Assembly: GCA_976226885.1 (NCBI GenBank)
Contig: OZ320314.1
Location: 37,014,001 to 37,078,000 of the forward strand
DNA: 64,000 bases
Direction of reading: 5' to 3'
Source: Iphione sp. A-MEVVRFRX5
Lineage: Eukaryota
Shown: in pieces, positions 1 to 8,589 of the stretch
Layout of the letters: every line of letters begins with the position of its first letter
Position numbering within the stretch: position 1 is the first letter of the stretch
Notes under the pieces: generated by a model
The model's input: the letters and a program-made list of their open reading frames with translations, nothing else
What the model was told of the DNA's origin: nothing
The model's database searches: none
Position numbers and translations under genes: made by a program

Positions 1-1
1 T

Positions 2-1279
2 GCACTGCCTGCTGCCTCAAAGGCTCTGTGGAGACAGTGGGACCGCCTCACTATAAGCGATGGGATCCTTCAGAGGAGATGGTATGGACTGGAAACTGGC
101 CCTTCTCGTCTCCAAACGATACTCCCAAGAAAGCGACGCCTGGAGGCTATACAAGAAGTGCACAGCGGACGCACGGGAGGACACCTTTCCGTGGACCGGA
201 CCACCTTCCTGGTGGCGTTAGCATACTACTGGCCAGGTATGCGAAAGGACGTAGAGGCATACTGTCGACGCTGCCACTGTGCACTGTTAAACAGCGATCC
301 CCAGAAACCACAGACTACATTAAGAACCTACCTGGTAGGAGAGCCCATGGAACGATGGTCGATGGATGTTGCTGGTCCACTCCCTGAGACTGCCCGGGGA
401 AATCGCTACGTGTTGATGGTGGGTGACCATTTCACCAAATGGTTGGAGGCGTTTGCGCTGCCGGACCAGAAGGCCTCCCGGGTGGCGACAGTTTTGGCTG
501 AAGAGGTCGTCGCCCGCTATGGGTGTTTCCTAGAGCTACATAGTGACCAAGGCACAAATTTCTGCAGTGAGGTACTTACCGCACTCTGCGACTTCCTTGA
601 CATTAAGAAGACACGCACCACTCCTAGGCACCCTCAAAGCGATGGCTTCATCGAGCGGAGTTTTCGCACCATGGGAAAGATGATTAAGGCCCACTGCTAT
701 GAAGTGGGAGACGAATGGGATGAAGCGCTACCCTACTTAATGATGGCATACCGAGCCTCGCCGCAAGCCAGCACCGGGTACACACCCAACTTTCTAATGT
801 TCGGGCGGGAGGTGGTGCTCCCAGTGCACGCGTTCGCGGGATTCCCGCCTGCGGAGGGAGAGGAGAAGTCACTACCCCACCAGGTAGTGGATGTCGCGCG
901 ACGTCTACAGTCTGCTTATCGTGAAGTGCGGTGCCGCCTCGGCCGGGCCGCTAGAGTGCAGGCGAGAGCGTACGATCGTTGGGTGGAGAAGCGTCCGATG
1001 ACGGAAGGGGACGCTGTCTGGCTACACGAGGCCCAGCCCCCCAGGGGGAAGAGCCCGAAAGTGCATTTCCCATGGACGGGACCGTGGCTGGTAGTGAAGA
1101 AACTGGATGAAGAAAGGATAATCATCAAACGAGCGCGACAGGCGAAACCACGAGTAGTCCACCGGAATCGGGTGCGGACGTACCGGGGGGAGAGTATTCC
1201 CCGGTGGATGCTGGTATGGCGCAAACGCCAGGGAAGTATAGACCAGCCGACAAGGGAGGAAACGACCGCCAGGGGTTAG
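2..1279 (+). CDS. pol: pol C-terminus: integrase (HHCC zinc-binding, rve DDE core, GPY/F-like motif); open from the window edge
   Basis: Frame is open from base 2. HSGRTGGH...CRRC, WSMDVAGP, LHSDQGTNF, IERSFR and PWTGPWLVV are typical Gypsy integrase motifs. Confidence 0.95.
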   Translation, partial: ALPAASKALWRQWDRLTISDGILQRRWYGLETGPSRLQTILPRKRRLEAIQEVHSGRTGGHLSVDRTTFLVALAYYWPGMRKDVEAYCRRCHCALLNSDPQKPQTTLRTYLVGEPMERWSMDVAGPLPETARGNRYVLMVGDHFTKWLEAFALPDQKASRVATVLAEEVVARYGCFLELHSDQGTNFCSEVLTALCDFLDIKKTRTTPRHPQSDGFIERSFRTMGKMIKAHCYEVGDEWDEALPYLMMAYRASPQASTGYTPNFLMFGREVVLPVHAFAGFPPAEGEEKSLPHQVVDVARRLQSAYREVRCRLGRAARVQARAYDRWVEKRPMTEGDAVWLHEAQPPRGKSPKVHFPWTGPWLVVKKLDEERIIIKRARQAKPRVVHRNRVRTYRGESIPRWMLVWRKRQGSIDQPTREETTARG

Positions 1280-1633
1280 AGGACGGAGAGAGAACAAACT
1301 CCAGGAGCAGTCGAATAGCCCGGATGGAGAGGTGAAGTGGATGACCTGATGCTGACGTCAGCATAAAAGAATCCATGGGGAGGACAGATCTCCCGGCGGC
1401 ACTCAAAATCGACTCGTGAGGAGGACGGACCTCCTGGCCCCCTTTAGCGGGGCAAAAAGTCCGTGGGTGGGAGGTGGACCCCAGCCCCACATCGCGGAAA
1501 AAAATCCGGAATGAGCGAAGACGGTGGTATCGGGGGAAGTCCACGAGGGAGACGGGTTCCCTGAAGAGTGCGCGAAAAATCTGTGAAGGGCGACGGGCGC
1601 CCTGGACCTGCTAGGAGATGGAGTTGCGGGAAA

Positions 1634-1771
1634 GGCCAAGCTGGTGGATAGTCCTCTGGAAGGAGGCGTGGAGCCAGGCTGACTGATAGTCCTCTAGAAG
1701 AGGGTGGTGAAGCCAAGCTGGTAGAGTGTCCTCTCGATGAAGTCGAGGAGCCAAGCTGCCCAGCAATCCTC
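1634..1771. repeat. Tandem repeat, ~3.5 units of 38-39 bp
   Basis: Minus-strand units begin GAGGA and share CAGC(T/C)TGGC; unit lengths 38, 39, 38, then a partial unit. Confidence 0.8.
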
Positions 1772-1885
1772 TCGGGGAAGGCGGTGGTAGGAACTATTAC
1801 CAAGAAGGTGTTGATCAATAGTGTAGGAATGTACAAATTTTCCCCCGCCCAAGGAGATATAACAGATGAAGCTATGGATGAAACA

Positions 1886-1891
1886 TTTATT
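1886..1891 (-). terminator. Candidate poly(A) signal of the antisense accessory gene
   Basis: AATAAA on the minus strand ~75 nt after the TGA at 1967-1969. Confidence 0.5.
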
Positions 1892-1966
1892 ACAAGGAAA
1901 CAACGAACTAGGTTCAACAAATGTACAAGCTATTTACATCTGATCCAATCGGGCTGCCCGGATAAG

Positions 1967-2618
1967 TCACCAAGAGGCTCTACGGGGAGAGGCCTCATAA
2001 TCGTCGTCGTCCGATACTACAATGGGAAACCATGTATAGTCCCCGGGAAGGACGCCAGGATAGCAGGCCGCGAGCACATCCGGGGGCCAGGCGGCCAGAG
2101 AAGCCCGTCCGAGAAGAGGTCCCACCTCTGGGGAGGACATAGGAGTCGGACGTGAGGGGGTGTCCACCGGGGTACCCCAATCCATCGGCGAGGGCGATCG
2201 GGGACAGCTGGACGAGGAGAAGGACTCCCATGAATCCGATGACGTGGTGGAGGACCCCCATGAGACGGGGGACGGAGTGCGGAGGTAGTAGAGGGACCAG
2301 GAGTTCCCCTCACGGTCGTCCACACCCTGTTGGGGGGGAACGTCGAAGCTGCCCAAGTAGCGAGCTACCTCATCTACTCCCAGATCGGGCGAGATGGTGT
2401 CACACCGGGGCATCCAGGAAGGTACCGGGAGCGGGACAGGAGGCTCGATGGGCTGGATGGATATGTCGACATAATGAGATGGGCCAAATAGTCGAACTTG
2501 CCCTGGAGCCGGAATGTACAGTGGGCGATTGATCACAGGGTAAAGACCAAACACCCTGATGGTGGGGCCGGGAGTCCCGACATCCACATACCGTAGGAAA
2601 CTGTCTGGAGGAGGGGTG
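1967..2618 (-). CDS. Exon 2 of a predicted spliced antisense accessory gene (Pro/Ser-rich, acidic SIM-like C-terminus)
   Basis: Strong acceptor (T32 tract, then cttctcttcttcttcttgcag; AG at 2620-2619). Frame is open from the acceptor (TPPPDSFLRYVDVGTPG...) to TGA at 1969-1967 and ends ...WFPIVVSDDDDYEASPRRASW. Confidence 0.6.
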
Positions 2619-2639
2619 CTGCAAGAAGAAGAAGAGAAG

Positions 2640-2643
<4 letters not shown>

Positions 2644-2675
<32 letters not shown>
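2644..2675. repeat. A32 homopolymer (T32 on minus strand, inside the predicted antisense intron)
   Basis: Directly visible; lies ~25 nt upstream of the minus-strand acceptor. Confidence 0.95.
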
Positions 2676-2677
<2 letters not shown>

Positions 2678-2837
2678 TATGAAGATATCACAAACACTGT
2701 GCTGGGAAACTTACCTGCTGGAAGGATGAAGATGATCCAACCCTCAACAAGGAGGCCCAACTCAACAGCAAGTGATGAACTCGAGAACTGGCAACAACCA
2801 TTGTGGTGGAGGCCTCCCTTCTGCTCCGGAGACCTAC

Positions 2838-2926
2838 CTGGGTCCTGGAGGGAAACAGCAATCACTCCTCTCAGGCAAGTAAAGGCCATTGTGGGTGAGC
2901 CCAGTGATGTAGTTTGGCAACTCCAT
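2838..2926 (-). CDS. Exon 1 (coding part) of the predicted antisense accessory gene
   Basis: ATG at 2926 (catcATGG), MELPNYITGLTHNGLYLPERSDCCFPPGP, then a phase-2 donor AG/GTAGGT at 2838/2837 that joins exon 2 in frame (246 aa total). Confidence 0.55.
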
Positions 2927-2954
2927 GATGTGCACTGCAGGATGACTGGAGTCA

Positions 2955-2991
2955 GACTGACGCCGCACCCCCGGCCGCTACGGCTTATATA
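2955..2991 (-). promoter_or_regulatory. Core promoter (TATA + Inr) of the antisense accessory gene
   Basis: TATATAA at 2991-2985 and TCAGTC at 2960-2955 on the minus strand, ~33 nt apart, upstream of ATG 2926. Confidence 0.55.
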
Positions 2992-3007
2992 GCGACAGCG
3001 AAGGCTG

Positions 3008-3732
3008 TTCGTGGTACCGCGAAAGCTAGTTGCTGAGTCGCGGACCCACGAGCGGCGAAAACCGAACTCGTGGTGCCACGAGGAAAACATCGACAGCCGG
3101 GAGACAGGCCTAACAGGGAAAACATTGAGGAATTTGGTAATCTACGAATGAAAGGGGGTCGGGGTGCCACGAGGACAGCTCGGGGAGCCACGAGAGAGAT
3201 AAATGCTCGGGGTGCCACGAGTGGCTACACCAGAAGTGGGGAACCAAAACATCCGCCGAGCCTCGTTTGGACTACAGACGCCAGCTAGAAGCCGACAGCG
3301 GAGAGAGAAATTGGCAGCTCGTGCCCCCACGAGTACACTCCTCGAAATGAAGAGTTTACGAAGAAACAGCGAGAAGTAGATGGATTGAAAACACAATCTC
3401 GAGGAAGCAGTCGAAGTACAGTCGTGGTGCCCCGAGTGGAGTTCGTGACACCCCGAGCGTGATCCAGCTCGTGGTACCACGAATCAGAGACGTCGAGATC
3501 GACTGGATTCCACACCAAGTAGGTAGGGGCCCCCGAGTGTGACCAGAGGGGCGAGAGACTCTTTGCCCCCTCTGTTTTCTGCCACTGGGAAAAAGGGGGG
3601 GGTCTCCCCGAGTTGAATCAGAGGTTTCTCCCCGGTGTCAGTTTGTGGTGTTCATCGTGACACCCCGAGCGACAGGTGGGCCTGTGTCAGACGTGGTGCC
3701 CCGAGTGGGAGTGAGTCGGTGGTGCCGCGGGT
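3008..3732. promoter_or_regulatory. Array of >=11 copies of a 16-bp imperfect palindrome (NTCGTGG-NN-CCACGAG type)
   Basis: Copies start at 3008, 3037, 3067, 3158, 3179, 3206, 3318, 3421, 3442, 3468, 3654 and 3690, with degenerate copies near 3522, 3597 and 3717. Spacers are unrelated. Regulatory role is inferred. Confidence 0.75.
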
Positions 3733-3742
3733 CCCATCCAGA

Positions 3743-5512
3743 ATGCCTCGCAGGAAAATTGAAGGAGAGAAGGTAAAGAGGAGGGTTTTGCAGCCCGATG
3801 AACCTAAGCCCCCGGGGACCGTGTTGTGCGAACAGTGTGTGAAGCGACGCCCTTTTCGCCCTGGGGACTCTTTACAGCGCCATATCGAGGAAATCCATCT
3901 GGGGAAGAGGAAACGTGATATGAAATGTTTATTTTGTCCCAGTGTTATAGGTGACGAGCAGTCCTGGGTGGCTCACCAACGAAAATTTCATCCATGGGTG
4001 ACTGATATGGGACTGATTGAGCGACCATATAGGCGGTTATATGACGTGCGACCTGCCACGACAGGGGGTGTGACGGTACCTGACGACGAGATCACCCGGA
4101 TTGTCCTAAGGGCTAGGGAGTTGCGGTCACAAGGTTGGGCCCTAACGCAGGAGGAGGCAGAACATTTGTTGGCAGAGGAGCCCCACAGATCAGCACCTCC
4201 CCTTCCCTCACGGGTAGTTAGATGGGGGACACCGCCAGCCACACCGGCCACCAGGGGGGTCCCCACGATAGACCTCACCAGCCCCCGGAGTTCCCCGAAC
4301 ACCAGCACAGCTTCAGGGCGACAGGTCGTGGACCTCACCTCCCCTGGGGGGTCTCCCGAGTTTGGTGCAACCGCCGGAGTGGGTCCTGTCTGCCAGAAAC
4401 CAGGGGACACTCCCACACCAGGAATGCTACGGGCCGACACTCCAGGGTCCCACGCCGGGGAGCCAAAGGGGGGGGCTTGTGGAAGTCAGAGCGCATCCAT
4501 ACCACAGGATCCACAGGTGGGCGGCTTGGGAGTGACGAGGGCCCCCAGCAGGGGGCAGGGGGATCCTTTCCTCGGCCAAGGTAGTTTTGAGGGGGGGACC
4601 CCTCTCCACCAGGGGATTGCGGGGAGTGGCAGTGAAGCACCCTCCAGCTACCGCTCTGTGTCTGGTTGGCCCCTCACCCCACGGGAAGGCCCTGTGTCGT
4701 GGGATCTATCCGACGCCGCCTCGGTACTGGCTCGTCTCCAGGAGGTGACTGGCTCCGAGGCAGGGAGCCCCCGCCAGACTCCGGAGAGGCCCCCTGCCGT
4801 CTCCACGAGACTACCAGTGGGGCGGCTTTCTCGTCTCATCCAGTCCCTGTTGCCACCGGACCGGGCTGAGCCTGCGGCCGCTCGGGTACATAACATCCTG
4901 GATGGCTTGGTCTCGCCCCACCAGGCCACTACCCGTGCTCCTGCTTCACCCATGAAGATCCGGCTCCCCTCTCAGGTGGTATGGCCACCAAAAACCTGGG
5001 CTCAGCTGAGCCCCGCTAAACGTCTCATGGCCTGTATGGCCATGGCATGGGTCTTACATCTTGTCGAGGAGGAGGATACCGTGCCCGCTACCTTGCTGGG
5101 CCCGCTACAGTGGCGTCCGTATCTGATCCTCCCTGGGCTTGGCATCCCTGAGTTCGAGGACTGGGGGAATTTCGCTGGCCTACTCCATCAACATAACTGG
5201 ACTGTTGAGGCGGCCGAGACGCTCGTACGAGATCTCCAGCCTGGTCTTGCGTGGGATCCCGACTCCGCGATGAATGTTGAGAAGTGGGAGTGGGAAGCAG
5301 TCAACGCGGGGGCCTGCTATGCAGTGGCCCGACCCACCCTAGTCGACATATGCCGGAATGCTCCGGGTAGACAGCGCCGTCTGGGGGAGCAAGACATCTG
5401 GGCGAGTGGTAGCGCCCCAGGTAATGGTACAGGTCCTTTGAGAACACCCAGGCCCTCTGATGTAAGGGAGCTGGAAAAGTCCGGCCCCTCAGTTTGTCAG
5501 AAAGAGCAGTAA
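3743..5512 (+). CDS. Accessory ORF (589 aa from first ATG): two C2H2 zinc fingers, two SIM-like motifs, Pro/Ser/Gly-rich middle, W-rich C-terminal region
   Basis: Uninterrupted ORF; CEQC-x14-HIEEIH and CLFC-x12-HQRKFH; TIDLTSP and VVDLTSP. The ORF track start at 3635 is a GTG; the first ATG is 3743. Confidence 0.8.
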   Translation: MPRRKIEGEKVKRRVLQPDEPKPPGTVLCEQCVKRRPFRPGDSLQRHIEEIHLGKRKRDMKCLFCPSVIGDEQSWVAHQRKFHPWVTDMGLIERPYRRLYDVRPATTGGVTVPDDEITRIVLRARELRSQGWALTQEEAEHLLAEEPHRSAPPLPSRVVRWGTPPATPATRGVPTIDLTSPRSSPNTSTASGRQVVDLTSPGGSPEFGATAGVGPVCQKPGDTPTPGMLRADTPGSHAGEPKGGACGSQSASIPQDPQVGGLGVTRAPSRGQGDPFLGQGSFEGGTPLHQGIAGSGSEAPSSYRSVSGWPLTPREGPVSWDLSDAASVLARLQEVTGSEAGSPRQTPERPPAVSTRLPVGRLSRLIQSLLPPDRAEPAAARVHNILDGLVSPHQATTRAPASPMKIRLPSQVVWPPKTWAQLSPAKRLMACMAMAWVLHLVEEEDTVPATLLGPLQWRPYLILPGLGIPEFEDWGNFAGLLHQHNWTVEAAETLVRDLQPGLAWDPDSAMNVEKWEWEAVNAGACYAVARPTLVDICRNAPGRQRRLGEQDIWASGSAPGNGTGPLRTPRPSDVRELEKSGPSVCQKEQ

Positions 5513-5667
5513 AATTTTGGGTAAAATTTCTTACCTAGTCCATACCTGCTAGCTATGGATGTGGCGTGGTTAGATTGTTGCTGGTGAGTGATCCCTTACC
5601 GTCTGGTAGGGGACCAAGCACCTGACTCAAGGAACCAGAACCACTAGGGACTGTTAATGAGAAGTTA

Positions 5668-6527
5668 GTTACCTTCATTGCTATCTGTGATTAATCGTAT
5701 GCTGTGTGGTAGTAAGTGCACCACGATTGCCATGTCCGGTTAGGACTGCTAAAGATTGTTATCAATGTCACAAGCACTCTATTTGTTACCTTGACCGATT
5801 GCTTCCTCAGATGTTTACGGATTCCTGTTAATGGTGTTTCAAATCAAGTTACCTTGTCTATGCCCTTAAGAGGGTTAGCTGAGTTAGTAAAATGTCTGAA
5901 GGGAAAATTGTATTTCCCCCAAAAAATATAAAAGGTCACTTGGTGAGACTGTTGCTGATGCCATGAGCGCCACACCCGTTACCTTGATCCAACGTTTACC
6001 CAAGATGTTTGTGACTGATTACTGCTGTTAAATATTCGAATCAAGTTACGAAAAGTTGGACGGTTAGAGAAAAGGATCTAGAAGGGAAACTGTATTCCCA
6101 CAAAAAGAAAAGGAAGCTTGCTGTCTGTGATTATTGATCCACCTAACCAGGATAAGTATTTACGTAAGGTTACTGACTGTGATTGAGGATTTTATTGCTA
6201 AGTGTTGAGATTTGTTGATCAGCTGTTGCTCAGGAGAGTTGGACTTGTTACCTTGATTGGCTGTTTACATAGATAGATTAGCCTAGTCCTAAGTCAACTA
6301 CTCTAGGTTGTTATCTTTGCCGTCGGATTGTGTGAGACCAGGGCCACTGTGTACAGTTGGCCACCTAGATTGCTACTGATAATTACTAGAATGAGACATG
6401 GGACCGAGTATATGGCCCAGACAGGTTAGAGTCAGAAGTTGAGAGAAACTAAGAAGGGAAGCTGTATTCCCCCAAAAAGAAAAGACTGTTATTTGTGATA
6501 AGGATTTCTCAGAAGAACTTGTTACCT
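5668..6527. repeat. Dispersed short motifs in the pre-PPT spacer (GTTACCT x6; GAAGGGAA-n-TTCCC-AAAAA x3)
   Basis: GTTACCT at 5668, 5785, 5848, 5978, 6247, 6521; the ~27-bp module at 5898, 6081, 6453. Confidence 0.8.
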
Positions 6528-6651
6528 GTTGGCTACCTGTGATTACCCTATTGGTTACTTAGATGTATGTTACCATGATTGGTTGTTTACCTGAGATAGA
6601 TTTTAGATGACACTAGTTACCCATGCTCATTTTGAGGCGTTGGCATGTTTT

Positions 6652-6664
6652 AAGAAGGGGAGAG
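6652..6664 (+). other. Polypurine tract (PPT)
   Basis: AAGAAGGGGAGAG directly before the TG of the LTR. Confidence 0.85.
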
Positions 6665-7550
6665 TGTAGGGGTGTTCGTGGTACCACCAGCGTAAGGCTA
6701 AGTAAGTCTATTGTATCATATGACGGTTCGTGGTACCACCAGCGTAAGGCTAAGCAAGCCTATTGTATCTTGTAATGGTTCGTGGTACCACCAGTGTAAG
6801 GCTAAGTAAGTCTATCGACAGTTCGTGGCACCACGAGTGTAAGGCTAAGTAAGTCTATTGTATCATATGACGGTTCGTGGTACCACCAGCGTAAGGCTAA
6901 GTAAGTATATCAACAGTTCGTGGCACCACGAGTGATGTGGGATGTACTAGCTGACCTCAGGGAGCCCGTTCGTGGCACCACAAGTGGTTTGTATGCTAAA
7001 AATTTATATCCAGGGTCCCTGGGTAATTAGAAGGTCACCTTGGACCCTGGGGATCCAGGTCATTGCTACTTTGTAACTAGACAGCTATGAGCTGGGTTCC
7101 CTGAACCCTGGGGATCCAGGTCATTGCTACTTTGCATCTAAACAGCTAAGAGCTGATTGGTAGACAGTAATAACACAAGTCAGTTTGTAACCATTTTATT
7201 CCATCATGTGATACATTGTTGCTATGGCAAGTGAACACCTGGTCTTGAGGATTACTATAAATATGGGCCCTGTGTGGCAAATAAACCAGTCTGTACTTGG
7301 ATACCGTTGTGGAACTTGTCTCTTCAGGGGAGTCATTAGGAACACATACCCACTTGGAGTACCATAAGGGAATACTTACCCGATAGTTCTACATTGTGAG
7401 GATCAGGAACAACTAGCCAGGATATATCCACACATAGCTGGAGTTACTTAGAGGAAATATTAACACAGAAGTTACACTGGATTAATTCATTTAGGACTAG
7501 ACACACTATAGTTGGAGTTACCAAGTGGGAGTACAACCACGCTTACTACA
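6665..7550 (+). repeat. 3' LTR (right end either 7393 or 7550)
   Basis: Starts TGTAG; TATAAA 7256-7261, AATAAA 7280-7285; CTACA at 7389-7393 and 7546-7550. The second LTR is not in the window, so the end cannot be confirmed. Confidence 0.75.
6675..6984. repeat. U3 tandem array (52/43-bp periods) carrying 7 copies of TTCGTGG(T/C)ACCAC(C/G/A)AG
   Basis: Copies start at 6675, 6727, 6779, 6822, 6874, 6917, 6969; most are followed by GTAAGGCTAAG. Confidence 0.9.
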
Positions 7551-8287
7551 GTAACGACAATGGACTCCAGTGCATGTAGTCTTTATATTGTTTTCCCTCC
7601 CTCCACTATACTGAGTCCCCTCACTCTTTAGATAAACCCTCCGAAATTCTATACTCTGCTAATCTTCCCTCTGCTAAACTACCCTCCACCCAACAATATA
7701 TCCTCTTCTGGCGAGTTTCATATCAGATGTCCTGAAGTCTAAACTGGCATACCGGAGCATGTATTTAGATTGATTAGATGTCTGCCTGTGACATAATTAT
7801 GGATATTCTCTCATCATTCTGAGATGAAATCATCGAACATGAGACGGCATGTTTACTAGATTGGGGTTAGTCTTTTGCTATTTTCACTTACTGTCCGTGC
7901 AGTGTGGTTGGCAGCATATATCTAGGAACGAAAGAACTTGGATATCGCAATTCTTGTAAACTCTCATTTAAAGGCCAGATTACAGGGGAAACCAGATCAC
8001 GACACACACAGGATTTTGACAGTACCAAACATCTACATGTATTTCTTTATATGATGAGACAAAAGAGGGGACCAGGCTGCAACAGAGACCAAATTTCTCC
8101 AGTCCCAGAGATGGTCCTCTAAGCAAGAGTTTACTGTACCTGCAAAAACAAGTACATGTATGTGAAAAAGGCTGAATGAACACAAGATTTACAAATAACA
8201 TGAAGTGAAGCAGCTTTTACTGAACTTTTTGAGCACGTGGAGGCTACATAAAATAAATAATCTTCTACCCTCAATGTATAAATGATA

Positions 8288-8438
8288 CACGGTAGAACCC
8301 TTCATTACAGACAACCCTCTAATCAGGACATTCTACATTATGGATAGGCTGGAAGTATATTTAAATACTTCTGCTATTAAAGACACTTCATTTTTAGGAC
8401 AGTTTATGGTCAGTCCCTTTGGTCTCTGTACCACTGTA
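8288..8438. mobile_element. Possible Tigger/pogo-type MITE remnant
   Basis: Begins CACGGTAGAACCC... and ends ...CCACTGTA, resembling CAGT...ACTG/TA termini; degenerate. Confidence 0.3.
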
Positions 8439-8589
8439 TAGATATTCTAGAGATTGATGGATGTTCAACTTATAATGTAGAATCAAGCAAACTGCAAATT
8501 GGAAACAATGGTATATTGGACCATAGAATTCTAATGAGCATACTACAGGGAATGTCTTTGGTGAAGAAACGAATTTAATGGGCAGCATC

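Larger units (their letters stand above)
1..7550 (+). mobile_element. 3' portion of a Ty3/Gypsy LTR retrotransposon with a long accessory region between pol and the 3' LTR
   Basis: Gypsy-type integrase ORF to 1279. Polypurine tract at 6652-6664 is immediately followed by TGTAG, opening an LTR with TATA and AATAAA that ends in CTACA (7393 or 7550). The 5' part lies outside the window. Confidence 0.85.

Noticed and set aside
28-2624. Many short overlapping ORFs in the track
   Set aside because: They are alternative-frame shadows of GC-rich pol and accessory coding sequence.
2644-2675. A32 run as the poly(A) tail of an inserted retrocopy or LINE
   Set aside because: No upstream AATAAA at a suitable distance and no TSD; it fits better as the T tract of the minus-strand splice acceptor.
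3008-3732. CRISPR-like array (palindromic repeats with unique spacers)
   Set aside because: Eukaryotic transposon context, irregular spacer lengths (from ~5 to >100 bp), degenerate 16-bp repeats, no cas genes.
3743-5512. env gene of an errantivirus-like element
   Set aside because: No signal peptide, fusion peptide or clear C-terminal transmembrane anchor; C2H2 fingers instead.
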